A stretch of DNA of 64,000 bases from Heptranchias perlo (taxonomy: Eukaryota). Position 1 is the first letter of the stretch. The number at the start of each line of letters is the position of its first letter. Shown here piece by piece: positions 40,721 through 53,609 of the stretch. The notes beneath the pieces were generated by a model. It was given only the letters and a program-made list of their open reading frames with translations, did not search any database and had not been told where the DNA came from. The stretch is taken from positions 58,776,001 to 58,840,000 of the forward strand of contig NC_090333.1 of NCBI RefSeq assembly GCF_035084215.1, written 5' to 3'. The position numbers were made by a program, and so were the translations under genes.

Positions 40721-41909
40721 GTGTAAAGGGTAAGGAGTCATGTTTCTGTCAGTGTCAGGGTGCCCAGAATGGCACATGGTACTCCAACTGTGGTCCATTT
40801 AGTGTACAAATTCCTTGCTTTTATATTCAATGCCCCTAAATATGAAACACAGAGTCCCATTTGTCTTTTTTATCGCCTTTTCTATCTGCTCTCCCACCTT
40901 TAAAGATTTAAGTTTCTACACCCCTAGATTATAAATAAATATTTCATCACTAGAAATGTAGAATTGGGAAAACATCTACAACCAGAAACTTACCTTTTAA
41001 TGTGACAGAATAACAGATTTTATTTTTCCACACAATCTTATCCCCATTTCTCCCCTCTCCTGAAAGTGGACGAGAGCTTGGACACAGTGAGCTGAGATAA
41101 TGAGTGTCAGTGGGGTATTCCACTGTAGGGACATGATAGCCAAGCCTGATCTTATCCCCGTTTGATGTCCACACATGCACTTTACAGCAGGGGTCATTAA
41201 AAGGGAATCCTTACTGAACTTATTTCTTCTCCTAGCCCAGGGCGCCCAGGCTAATTGTAGTTACTTTAATGTTAGCTAACTCAACAAATACTGGGGATGA
41301 CCCCAGGAACCTCCTGGCCTATATGGGTCACCAGGCAGTCCCATTTACCCATTGAGTCACTGGGAGAGCTTAGAAAAGTTTAACCATTTCAACATCACAG
41401 CACTGCCAGTGAAGCTGGGGCTGCCATCAGCAGCACTGCTGTAATGAAAAGAGGTCATTTACATATTCTCAAAACTCTGCTTATCAATTTAATTTGGACC
41501 AAACTAGCTCCAAACAACCCTCAATTTGAACACCTTCCATTTATAATTTGATTAAAATATTTTAAGTAAACTCTTCCATTATAGAGTAACATTCCTGAGA
41601 ACCAGTTTCCCATAATATCTTTTAGTTTAATTATTCTAGTGCATACCGATCCTAAACAAGGAGAAGGATAAATAGTTTGCATTTGAAAACAGCAGCCAAT
41701 AACTCCTGAATGAGACACCTTTCCAGATTTCATTTCAACAAAATAACACATTATATTTCTAAAATAGTATCTTTGCTTACAGCTGCCTTTTACTCCATTT
41801 AATAGGTAACTCAGGTTCTCAGTGTTGTCTGAGGAAGTTTTCAAGTCCACTGAGTTGATCTGAATAACTAACACCTTGAATATCTGTAAATACTCTCCAG
41901 ATCTCTTAC

Positions 41910-42067
41910 CTCGCTACAATGTGCTGTCCTACAGTCAACCCCAGATGGCAGCCACTGGGTAGCTGGAATCTATACAGGTAAGTGCCAGCTGTCTGCTGCT
42001 CCATATACTCTATCTGAAAAGCACTCCATTTCTCAGCTCCGATTAACTGCAAGTCACGCTGCTTTGA
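41910..42067 (-). CDS. CYB5RL: CYB5RL coding exon 2
   Basis: SKQRDLQLIGAEKWSAFQIEYMEQQTAGTYLYRFQLPSGCHLGLTVGQHIVA(R). Acceptor tttcag, donor gtaag, 158 nt. Confidence 0.92.
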
Positions 42068-43024
42068 CTGAAACAAGACATGAAATAAGATATTTTCCAA
42101 TTAATAATGGCCAATGTCATTGAATTTCTGTTCCATTTGGGTAGCTCTACAGTGACACAAGGAAGATTGAGATGCAAAAGTCCACAGCTTTCATTTGTGT
42201 TGGCATCAAGATGGATTTCAGATAGTTCCACAATACAGTGTTTGGATTTCACCTTCTGCCATTCACACTTTATTCCTCTTCTAACCTGTCTAAATAAACA
42301 TTCTTTTATACCTTAAAAAATGGTCCTGATGAAAAGCAGTGCCTTCTACGGATCTATGATTCTTGAAGTTAAAGCAGAATGTTTCTTTTTTAACAGGATG
42401 ACCTTAGAACTGCATTCTGTACAATTGACAGCAAGTTATGATTGCTGTGAAAGATTAAAAGGCATGAAAACAGTTTCTTTTCAGTTCCAAAAGTGTTTAA
42501 TATTGATCATCCCAAAAACTAAAAATGTACCAATGTCAACATTACATAAACTGGCACTCGTTGTCCCAGAGTCAGTGCTTCATACATGGGTCTTGGACTT
42601 GTCCCAAGGTCAGTGATACATGCACTGGCTTCAACTTGTCCAGGGTCAGTACATCGTACACTAGTCCCTGACCTGTTCCAGGATCATTATTTATTATACT
42701 GCGATGTCCAACAAGCAGTGCTGCATGCAGCAGTCCCTAACCCATCCTCTAAACCCCATAAACTGGCCCTTGACCTAACGATCAGTGAACTCTGGTACAT
42801 GTTGATTTTAAAACTCCAACCTGATGGATCCACATCCTCTCCAGTTTGCACCCAGGTCACTTCTTGTGCAATGCTGCTTCTGTTGCAGCACGACTAGGGT
42901 AACCAGCAGTTTCTCAAGATATCAAGGGCCTGACTTATGTTCTAGCGCTATTTACTAAAGTTATTAACTGTACTCAGACAACATGCAACTTCTTTTATTT
43001 TAAGCATAAGGAGTGCAGTGATGC

Positions 43025-43405
43025 CAATTTTCTCCCTTTCTCTCCTGAAAATGCAAACTTTCAGTGGCGTACAGTTCCACAAATTCTTGCTGCCCTCTGG
43101 TTCCCAAGTGGGAATTCTTCTCATGTGAGCCTAGACAACTCGGAATAGGCTACCCCACTACAGGGTATCAGAGTCAAGCCTGGTCCAGTCCTCACCAGAC
43201 ACACACAATCCAGTAGGGTTCACTGCATTGTGATCAGGAGCAAGAATCTTGGCTGAATTTTCCCCTCCCTAGCTGGGGACACTGAGGCCAACTGTAGCAT
43301 TCAACTGCTGTTCTGCATGAGATCAGGTAACTCAGTACTGATCAAGCCTGGGACTTTCTGGTTTGTATGGCTCAGTACCACAGCACTTGGTGCATTTGCC
43401 CATTC
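43025..43405 (-). mobile_element. Old tRNA-headed SINE family, representative near-complete copy
   Basis: Shared motifs ggtctgtgctgagttagctgatctcag, tacaattggcctcag, ctaggctcacacatgaagaatgg and ttcaggagagg...gaaaattgg recur in about 15 places, for example near 1-180, 7230-7450, 9830-10125, 11160-11400, 32260-32500, 34700-35075, 41035-41370, 47955-48240 and 58140-58370. Confidence 0.7.
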
Positions 43406-43528
43406 ATCTTTCGGGGGGGGGGGGGGGGGGGGGTTGGTGGGGGTGGAGGGGGAAACTTCATATTTGTCTTTAATAGTAACTGTTTTGACTTACCACATGG
43501 ACCTAGAAGGGTTTTAGTCTACACTTAC

Positions 43529-43702
43529 CTCATTACTCTGATTGAGAAGACTTTGATCTCCTTTAGCTTTCGCCTGTTTCCATCGCTTGAGTTCCTGCTC
43601 ATAAATATCAAACACACATGGTTTACACCCACTACCACAGCAATGGGTGGGTAAGGGTTCTTGTGGCCGTAGAGAAAGCCATTCATCCTCATTTTTGGCC
43701 AT
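43529..43702 (-). CDS. CYB5RL: CYB5RL coding exon 1 (oxidoreductase-like N-terminal Cys domain)
   Basis: MAKNEDEWLSLRPQEPLPTHCCGSGCKPCVFDIYEQELKRWKQA.... An acceptor (ttttgcag) lies 3 nt before the ATG, implying upstream non-coding exon(s); donor gtaagt. The six exons sum to 933 nt (310 aa + stop). Confidence 0.93.
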
Positions 43703-44252
43703 CACCTGCAAAACACAATAACACTCCAAAAAAATAACTGGCACTGTGCAGCATTTATCCTTAACTCGATACAGCACTAAAACTTCATAGATCATTGATC
43801 ATCATAGATCTTACAAATTATGTTCTGATTTATATCCTTAACGATAAAGAATTTTGGAAGAAAGTTTTCAAGTCATGTTTTGTGTATGTCCAAAATAAAT
43901 ATTAATTTACATTATTAAATATATTTTTATATAATGCAGCCATTTACCAATAAATTTTAAAGAGTAGCAAAATATTTATGTAAACTCAATGAACTGAAGA
44001 AATTATTAGAAATTAGTCAGTGGTGGACAATATTCATTTTCCAAAATAGAATTGCAGTACTATAAAACCTAACTCACTCAGCGTTCAAGAAAAACAGGCA
44101 AAATTTACAGTACCTTTTTTAATATCAAACTTAACTACTGATGGAGACACGTAACATGTAAATGTTCTCTGCGCATGCTCCAGATTATTGTACAGGTATC
44201 ATTGAGGCATATAGAACTGACACAGAAATTAAATGCAACCTATCTCATTTCA

Positions 44253-44458
44253 AATGTAAGGAGTCGTACAACACCAGGTTATAGTCCAACAGCTTTATTT
44301 AAAATCACAAGCTTTCGGAGCTTTGCTCCTTCGTCAGGTGACGAAGGAGCAAAGCTCCGAAAGCTTGTGATTTCAAATAAAGCTGTTGGACTATAACCTG
44401 GTGTTGTACGACTCCTTACATTTGTCCACCCCAGTCCATCACCGGCATCTCCACATCA
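44253..44458 (+). mobile_element. Miniature fold-back Penelope-like insertion in the CYB5RL 5' intron
   Basis: Arms 44251-44336 and 44339-44424 (86 bp, one mismatch, 2-nt loop). 34-nt tail ending ccggcatctccacatca. 12-bp TSD tatctcatttca at 44241-44252 and 44459-44470. Confidence 0.92.
44305..44341 (-). ncRNA. Minimal type-I hammerhead ribozyme motif
   Basis: Minus strand reads tcac-CTGACGA-a-GGAG-caaag-CTCC-GAAA-gc-TT-gtga: intact core, 4-bp stem II, palindromic AGCT stem III. Confidence 0.8.
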
Positions 44459-45484
44459 TATCTCATTTCAGCCTGGCATTCTTAATCTTCTCATCAAATA
44501 ATTTTCATTCTGTGTACTTTTCTGATAAGAATTGCTACTGTGAATCTTTGTTGGTCCCCTCTGCTACTTTATCTCGGTATATTTCACACCCCAGTACGCC
44601 TGAGCTAATGATCTAGCTGTCTGTATTGGATCCATTTCATATAGAACCAGTCGGCACTGCATCCATTTAATAAATTCTGATCAATGACACAGCAATCGGT
44701 GTACTAGTGTTACTAAGGGCAGCCCGTCAATAAATTACCTAATCCATAATTAACTTTCAAATCCAAAATCATTGGCAGGAAGCTTAAATTGCAGGAAAAT
44801 TCATTTATTATATATAGGTAGTCTACAGAATTATATAGAGTAGAATATTTATCAATGAAAATACAAACCTGTTAAAATTGTGATAATGAGCTAACTTATT
44901 CACTTCCATCACTTGTGGCTATCGTTTTTCGGACCGAAAACACCAGTGATGGGTACCAACACTGGATAGGGTAAGGACAAAAAAAAATGAAATTAATAAT
45001 TAAACAATAGCTTCTACAACAATTCTAAACAAGAACTACTACCAAATGATATTTACTAAAAATGAAAATTGCCAATATGAGTAATTTTTATTAACTTCAG
45101 CGATAGATGTTATTAATTCGGGCAACATACTTTATTCTGTAGGGAAATGGCTTGTCAGTATATTTTATAATCACCCCATTCTGTGACACATTCAATTCCC
45201 TGTAGCTGGGTCTCTGCCTTTACCACTTGAACTGTCCACTGCTTGCCCTGTGAAGACAGGATTGGCTTCTGTATACACCACCCACTAACAGCGTAACTCA
45301 GGTCAGGGAATTGTTGAGTGGGGAACTGAGAGCAGGAAGTTGCATGCTTGTGCTCTGTGACACAGCAACAAAAACAAACCATGTCACCTGAGGCTATACA
45401 GCCATTTCTACTCATGCTTCACAGGGTTCCAATATTTAATTTGTGGTAGACAGCTACTTAATGATTAATCATTTTTCTTTCCAA

Positions 45485-46265
45485 GTGTCAGCTTGGCCCA
45501 CCAGTAGCACTCTCACCTCTGAGTTAGAAGGTTGTGAGTTCAAGCCCCACTCCAGGATTTTAGCACATAATCTAAGATGACACTTCAGTGCAGTACTGAG
45601 AGTGGTGCATTGTCAGAGGTGCTGTCCTTGAGATGAGATGTTTAAAAACTGGGTACAGTAGCAAAGCTTATGTTAACTGGGCTAGTAATCCAGAGGCCTG
45701 GCAGAGAACCTGTATTCAAATTCCACCATGGCAGTTTGAGAATTTGAATTCAGTTTTTAAAAAGCTGGTATTTGTAAAAGTGACCATGAAGCTGTTGGAT
45801 TGTTGTAAAAATCCAACTGGTTCACTAATGTCCTTTAGGAAAGGAAACCTACCACTCAGTTCTATCAAACTGTTACACAGAACTGCAGCAGTTCAAGAAG
45901 AAAGCCCACCACCACCTTCTCAAGGGCAACTGGGAATGAGCAATAAATGCTGGCCTTTCCAGCAACACCCACATCCCAACAATGAAAAAAATAGGATCTA
46001 CCTGTTCAGATGGACATAAAAGATCCCACAGCACTATTTGGAGACAAAAAGATGAGTTCTCCTGATATCCTGGTCAACATTTATTCCTCAAAAAAGAAAT
46101 TAATTGGTCATTTATTTCATTCCTGTTTGTGGGGCATTCCTGTGCATAAATTGGAAGCCGTGTTTCCCTACAAAACCAGCGACTACACTTCAAAAGTAGT
46201 TCATTGGCTGTAAAGTGCATGGGATGTCCTGAGAATGTGAAAGGTGCTATACAAATGCAAGTTCA
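45485..46265 (+). mobile_element. SacSINE1-like SINE split by a nested second SINE (about 45650-45992)
   Basis: Head at 45485-45645 and continuation cagatggacataaaagatccca from about 46005. The insert ends in a CR1-derived tail with poly(A). Confidence 0.8.
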
Positions 46266-46619
46266 TTGTTCTTTCAATTTACCCTTATGACAACTGCAAA
46301 GAAAAAAATCCAAGCTTCACAGAACTGAAGCTGGTACTGCGATACATTGCGTAACCTCTCGGCCTGGGTATGGTTCAAAGCCCAGGGAGAGCCAAAAATG
46401 AAATAACATTTTAAAATAAAGACAGGCGCTCACGAAGTTAGCTGGTGACAGCTGGCATGGCACTTGCAGTAGGGCAATCGGTCTTAGCAGCCTGGGCTAG
46501 GCAGGGCAAAGAATCTGCCAGTGTTCTTGCACCTGATGTCAGTGTACACTCGACATGAGTTAAGGATTGGATCAGACTCGACTCATACCCTCCATCATCA
46601 GCAACTCACTACCTACTAT

Positions 46620-47420
46620 CACCTGTGAATCCGCCCACTTTATGTTCTCTCCTCTCATTGGCTGCATATGACATCACTCTAAATCTGTACGGTCACTTCC
46701 AATGTCAATCAAACCCCGCTCGCTATTGGGAGTCAAAGTTCAACTCCTGCCATGCCTTTCGGGACCTTGTTGCCAGAGTAACGGGGTAGGGCCTGATTTT
46801 TCTCCCGAAGCCCGCGATTAACCGGCGCGCTCCCCCTGCGCGATGTGGAGTGGGGCTTCGCGTGTCGGAGCGGGAAACTTAGTGCCTGGGTTCACAGGCC
46901 GCCGTCTCCGCAATGTCACTGCCGGTCTGGTCACCCGGGCCCCGGGGCCGAAGACAAAGTCAGAGCCCGTGGAGATCCCCGGCCTGGAGCCCATCACTTA
47001 CTGGGACAGGATGCACTACGTGCCGGATCTGGCCAACCCCAAGTACCCGGTCTGGGACAGAGGTTGGGAAGACCCTTTCCACCGGCGGGGGCCCAAATAC
47101 GAGGAAATGCCGCTGTACAAGGAGAGGCCGTGTTACACGTTTCACCAGAGAACCAAGGTGCTGGAGGGTAAGGACTGGACTGTGCAGCCCGTCGCCGGGT
47201 ACAAGCTGGGAGCTGGTCCATCCCACTGAAGTGTAGAAGATACCCGCTGCCATTCGTTAGAAGGGGTCCGCTTTAAATAGGCATTATTAGCTCAGAAACA
47301 GGGAGAGCTCTCGCCCCACCCTCGGCGTGTGCGAGAGGCACAACTCGATGATGCAATCTATGAATAGTGAGGGGAAAGGGTCCAGCGAGGAGACTGAGTG
47401 TGTCGGTCGGAGTTACAATC
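46620..47420. promoter_or_regulatory. CpG-rich, probably bidirectional promoter region shared by CYB5RL and MRPL37
   Basis: Sharp local CpG/GC enrichment. GC box CCGCCC at 46631, CCAAT/ATTGG boxes at 46657, 46699 and 46725, TGACATCA at 46669. Divergent genes flank it. Confidence 0.7.
46843..47167 (+). CDS. MRPL37: MRPL37 exon 1 (mitochondrial ribosomal protein mL37, with targeting peptide)
   Basis: Arg-rich N-terminus, then EIPGLEPITYWDRMHYVPDLANPKYPVWDRGWEDP...PLYKERPCYTFHQRTKVLE(G). Donor gtaag, 325 nt. Confidence 0.92.
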
Positions 47421-47539
47421 TTTATCTGCAACTGCGCAAGGCATCAGAAATAATGTCTGGGAACTAAAGGCATTAATTAGAATTGAATGCCAGAAAGACC
47501 GAAGACATCCTTGTGAGCCTCTGACATGAACTTTGGACC

Positions 47540-47950
47540 CCTTGCCACGGGTTACAGCCCCCTTTCCAGGCCAGCTGCTCAAGCTGAACCAGATGGTGCA
47601 AAACCTTGGTACCCTGTTTGACCTAGAGCTGTGCTTCAAGCTCCACCTCCCATTCATCATTGAGACTGCCCATCTCCACAACACTGCCCACCTCCGACCC
47701 ATCTCGGACACGTCACTTCTAGGCTTAATTTCTCGAATGTCCTCTTGCTGGCGACCCATCTCTCCACTCAGCTGCCAGTATTCTGTTCCACACTAAATTC
47801 TGCTCGCCCCTCACCTCTGTCCTCCTTTACATTTTCTGTTGCCTAACGCATGGAATTTGAAATTCTTGTTTTTAAATCCCTTCATGGCCCTGCCCTGCTT
47901 TATCTCTGCAAACTCCTCTGGCTTTATATCCATTTTCGCACTCTTCAGTC
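47540..47950 (+). mobile_element. Decayed L2-like LINE RT C-terminal fragment
   Basis: VQNLGTLFDLELCF...HLHNTAHLRP resembles the L2 motif VRNLGVxFDxxLSF...HLRNIARLRP. Confidence 0.6.
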
Positions 47951-50636
47951 CTCTGGCTAGTTGATCTCTGGTTTGTGCTGAGTTAGGTGATGTCAGTTGG
48001 GCTGGTACAATTGGCCTCGGTTTCCCTGATTAAGGGTGGGGAAAATTGGACAAGATTCCATCTTCTGATCACAGTCCAATTACCCCTGCTAGAGACTACC
48101 TGTATGTGGGTGTTTGCCTTGGTTATAATTTTCTCTGTTTGTAGTCTGGTGATAAACCGGACTAAATTCAGCCATGAGGAACGATCACTGGAGGTGAGAT
48201 ACCAGAGAAGTGCCTAGTGCCCATGGAATTTTCTGGCAGGAAAAACATCTGAAAGATATCTCAAAGCATTTTACATAAAGCAGGAAAAATGGCAGATGCA
48301 AAGTGCGGTTGAAGAGGAGGATTTTGAACTGGAGGGATCGAAGGAGGGAGTTTCAGAGAATGGAGATGGAGTGGCTGAAAGATTAGTAACTAATGGAGAG
48401 GAGCAGGGAACAAAGAGTAACCGAGTGTCCAAAGAGTAGGTGTGCCTGGGAAAGTATGGCTGGAAGTGATGCCAAATAGAATGAGAATCTAACTTTGGTA
48501 TAGATAAAGAGCTAGTCATTTGGGTAGAGTAGAGAAGCAACAGGCTGCCAAGGATCAGATGAAGCATGAAACTTGAGCAAGATGAAGATTGATTGGGGAT
48601 GGAAGAGGAAACTGAAGTTACTTGCAAACTGTCCCTAGAAATATTTGTTTTTAGATGTAAGCATAGTCTGCGCTCAATAGGTACAATTTTTTGTAACAAG
48701 GGTGTACCATGCTCAGGGACCACTAATGTATTTGTATGTTTATGTGCATACTACACTGCAAATATATGTATTGCGGTTGATCAGGGATGCCCAGTCAACA
48801 TCTCCCGAACCACGTGCAGCTCTTCTGTGTCTGAAATATGACTCTTGAAAGTCTTTGTAACCTGCTCCTGAGTTCCCTGATGTTACTTTGTAGCTTGCTC
48901 CCTAATGTTTCACTCGAACCTGCTTCCTAATATTTGCTACTATATTTAAAACTTCTGTCTAAAATTATCAATCAGGTGTATTTCTGCTTATAGGAATCAA
49001 AACTGAACTGAAACAAATTCCTTAAGTAGACTTTACTATATTATGTTTCAGGAGTTTACATAAGGCACTCATTTCCTTCGTTCCTTCTGTATTTAATTAG
49101 AATAACAGTATTATAAATTGGGAAAATTTTGTTCTCAAATAAATTTGTGCCAGACCTTCCCATTCACCACTTTCCATCATTTCAACTTCGAGCTTCTACA
49201 GTATTTGGTGGAATGCTTGTTTTTCTCATTGAAGATGTGTTTATTGGGCAAACCATGTAGATATTTTTTGGAAGCATTCCCTGCTTTTTCTAGACACCGC
49301 AGTGACAATGTAGCGTATACTGCTACAGCGTACAGTGTAAAGATATGTTCTTTGTTTTATTCTGCATGATAAAGTATTAACTTACGTGATCACTGTGTGA
49401 ATTATAATCTCGATTTAATAGCTACTACTGTGTGTAGGTTGATACAGGATCCATCTGGCCCTGTATTAGGTGGGAAATGTTCCACTACGGTAATTGTTTT
49501 TGTTGCTGTCCACCTACTTTTTCATTGATGAATCAAAATTATGTAAAATAAATTTTTGTGCTTTGCAGCAATATTTTCTGATATACAGTAATTAAAATAA
49601 GGGTCGCTGGATTAAGCAATTAATGTACTTTATATTCATATTAATTTACATTTCCATTTAATACCCATTATGATGGTGCATTTTTGAAATTTAAACACCA
49701 TCCTAGAGTAGGTGGATAAAAGATTGAGATAACTAGTCATCTTGGGAAAGAAATGTGGGAGAAGGCTTGTTTTTCTCTAGCTAATGACTTGCCAACAATC
49801 ATGGATACTTTGAAATGCTCTATTTTTAAGAATATGACTTGTTAAGTTCATTACGGCGGAAAATGAGCATCTTACTGTTACTCATTGAGTGAATTTCAAT
49901 ATTGTGAGGTAGGTTAGTTAGGATTAGTGTGGACTGAGGAATTCTTACCTGCTGGTTACTTGCTCCCAGGGATGCCTGTCACTTCTGTCCACCTGCCCCT
50001 GTTGAAATAGCCATTACTTTTTAGTTGCTTGAAAGTCATGCAATGCTGATACACAATGTACCATTGTTTGGAAGGGTGGTACTGATACCAGATTGCCCAG
50101 CTACAAATGTCACTGTAATGGTGGTGGAAATGGCTTGGCCAGACTGAACTGTCTATCAGTACTGAAAGACGTTCTCCAGCAGCAAGGGATATCATCAAGT
50201 AAATTCCAGCTCAAATTTGGCAGTAAAACAGTAGAAACTGCATGTATGTATCATTAAAAATCTTGTATAGGACACGCACTTCCTGTCCACAAACCTTACT
50301 TCCTGTTGTAAAATTTATGGTCTTTTATGCTACTGCAACTTTTACAATTGTAAATTGCTGTGTCAACATTTTCCATTCAATTTTGCTTTGTCAGCTGTCA
50401 CATTGTAGCTGTGGCTCTGTGGAGCAACTTTCTGAAGTTTCTCTCCCAATTCCTTTGTCACTTTGTGTATAAAAATAAACTTGTATTCATTTAACAGGCA
50501 TTGGGCAATGCCACAGGCAATTTACTAGTACCTATATAAATTTTTTTTTAAAAACTATTGTGATGTTTGCTGTCCTATTATAGTAGTGTCGCCTTTTTTT
50601 AATTTTGCACACATTAGGATTTATTTTTGTTTCCAG

Positions 50637-50820
50637 GTGTTAAACAAGCTCTTTGGCTGACCAAGTCTAAGCTGATAGAGGGCCTTCCTAAGCAGATATT
50701 AAGCATAGCCGAAGATCCTGTGAATCACATTGAAGACCAGGACGAGCGGGTTAAGGCAGCTATCAGTCATGCTCGTTTTTGGACCACCACTGAAATACGT
50801 CCCAAAAGAGATCGGTTTTG
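50637..50820 (+). CDS. MRPL37: MRPL37 exon 2
   Basis: (G)[48 protein letters not shown]...DRF(C). Boundaries ttccag / gtgag, 184 nt. Confidence 0.95.
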
Positions 50821-53192
50821 GTGAGCAGGCATGCCGCTGTTAAACGTGTTAAAGTTTGAATTTTTCTTTGTGCAGTTCTTGGGGGGAAAAAATGCTGCAC
50901 GGTAAAAGGATTTCATCTAAAGTGGGAAAAATTAAGAGATATTCCTAATAGTGTTAGGAGATGGACCAGCCTACAGAACCGTACCTCAGCTCAAGTCAGC
51001 GCCGTCGAGGGGGGGGGAGGAGAAAACTTAGACAGCAAACCAAAAGTAATACTGTGATATGTTTGCAGTTGGTTTGATGGAAGTTTGGGTCATTTGTATA
51101 GATCATGTAAACTAAAATAGAAAAACTAGGGTGTTACTGAGATTATAAAGCATAATATTGTATTAGGAATCCTTAACCTACTGCAGCTTCTCTATTCCAC
51201 TCGAATACCTGCATTTAGTACATCAGAAGACTCAAATTGTGATATTGAACTCTAACAAGATTAGAGTCTGATTGTCCGATCAGAGGTTGCCAAATTTGTA
51301 GTAATTGGTCTATCAGTTAAGCATGTTTTCTAATTATGTATATTACAGATGTGAAACCTGAGCTATGGCATGACTATAGATTGATCTTCTATTTAAAATG
51401 TTAATTCCTTTTTTATGGCTCCTCACGCTACACTCTACCCCAGCCAAGAGAAACACAGATGGCTGATTATGATGCTTATGTTATTTATCTTGTTGCTCAT
51501 GGGGAATCAAGCTGCTTTTATATTGTTCTTGTGCCGCTGGCAATATTGTTAAACTAACTTCATTGGATTTTTAAGATCAATGGCTGGGAAGACTTTTTTA
51601 TTTAACTGGGTCTTCCTGATTGCTCCATTTTGCAGTAACTGCACTGTTCCAACTGCATCAGTGTCATTCTGGTAGTTATGACATGACGCCAATATATATA
51701 CAAGGCACTTCCCTGTTGTGATATAATGGTCTCAGTTGTTGGTGACAAAGGCAGTCTGTGCACGTGCAAAATGCTGGGACCCACCTTTGCAGCCAGTCTG
51801 TAGCGAGACCAGCTACACTTTTCAGACAGAAAAGAGTGGTCCATGCGGGTTGCTCTCCCAAGACCCATTGATAACATAAAAGCAGCTATAGGCCAAATCT
51901 GTGCCTTGCTGTTTCATGGTACAGAGCACCACTGCACGTCTCAGCCTCAGATCTTTACGTTGTTCCATAATTGCATCAGTAAATTAATTCACCTGTAAGA
52001 ATTCAGACTGTTTAAGACTGTGTGCTTCTGATCATTTTTTAAAAATCTTAATTGAATGGACTTTTCAGCAAATGCTGTTAATCCTGGAGGTTTGTTCCAG
52101 CTCAATAACAATTATGAAGTAGTAGCTGTAAATTGCTGATATTTTTTGTCGTGGTTTATAGTCTCACAATACTTAGGCTGGATCTGACTGTGTTCTTAAA
52201 AGTCTCCTATTCTTAATAGATTTTACATTTTTACAAACATACAAAAAGGATTTAAACACAGGCAGACCTATTAATACACAATCTATCGACTAGGTCAGGG
52301 TGGATAAATTTTGAGTTTGAGTGGAAAAAAATTATATCTGGCAAACAACCACAATTTCATCCATTCATTCTCTTTCTCTCATGCTTTTATAAAAATCTTG
52401 TGTGCACTTCATGCCAACAAGCATTACTTCCCTTTGTCATGATTTTTGGTAACTTTTATGTCAACATTTACAATTAAAACTGCCAATGCAATTTATAATG
52501 GCAATTCTGTATGTAAACAGTTGCATGTCATGGTGGACTCTAGCCTCCCACCACTTGTGGAGTGAGTCATATCCTCCCCATTAGCCAGCATTTTAGTTTC
52601 CCTTGAAGATAGTGTATTTTTCCCTTGTTTATTGAGTGTTTAAAATTCAGCTTTCAAGTTTTCCCCCTGATCAACTGCACACTGAGGACCCCCTTGTAGG
52701 GAAAGTCTGCAACTGCCTGATTTGAGACTGGGGCCTACCCATCCTGTTGGCTTTCCTTTGTGGCATAGTGCAGAGATTTCCAGTTGGAGACGTGTGGGAA
52801 AAGCAGTGAGTAGGCTACATATGTTAACACAATAATGTAACCCCCACACAAAGTGGCACACCACCATAAAGAAAAGAAACAGAGACTTAGCAAAGCTCTC
52901 CTCCTCCTCTCTTTCCCCCCCCCCCCCCCCCACCAACCAAATCATCCTTCCCCTCCTTTTCCTCCATCCTCGCAATCCCTTGAAGCATGGTTCTTTCACT
53001 TTTCTCTTGCAGCCTGCTCCTTTTCTGGTTCCTTCTCCTGCTGCTCTGTATGTGTTCCTATCTTCTTCCCCTTCCCTGGTCATAAGTTGGCTGGCTATAG
53101 GCATAACACAATTCCTTACAGGATTTGAAATTGAAGAATTGGCTGGTGCAGCGAGTTAGTGCACTGTCCTTTCACATCTGATAGAAGAAAAA

Positions 53193-53609
53193 AAAGACTT
53201 GCATTTTTATAGCAATTTTCATGACCTCAGGACATCCCAAAGCGCTTTACAGCAGTGAAGTACTTTTGAAGTGTAGTCACTGTTGTAATGTAGGAAACGC
53301 GGCAGCCAATTTGCACACAGACACAATGAGATAATGACCAGATAAGCTGTTTTAGTGATGTTGGTTGACTGATAAATATTGGACAAGAACTCCCCAGCTC
53401 TTCTTTGAAATAGTACCAGGGGATCTTTTAAGTCCACCTGAGAGGGCAGACGGGGCTTCAGTTTAATGTCATCTCCGACAGTGCAGCACCCCCTTAGTAT
53501 TGTTCTGGAGTGTCAGCCTGGATTTTGTGCTCAAGTCCCTGGAGTGGGACTTGAACCCACAATCTTCTGACTCAGGCGAGAGTGCTAACACTGAACCACG
53601 ACTAACACC
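53193..53609 (-). mobile_element. SacSINE1-like SINE nested in an LF-SINE-like relic
   Basis: Full Deu-SINE sequence. Flanks 53139-53180 and 53610-53730 resemble the LF-SINE head and body. Confidence 0.82.

Noticed and set aside
43413-43450. Long poly-G/poly-C runs (also near 29092, 39095 and 52915)
   Set aside because: Simple homopolymers of uncertain length with no supporting functional context.
46845-47253. Overlapping ORFs in alternative frames and on the minus strand of MRPL37 exon 1
   Set aside because: Expected in GC-rich, stop-poor CpG-island sequence.
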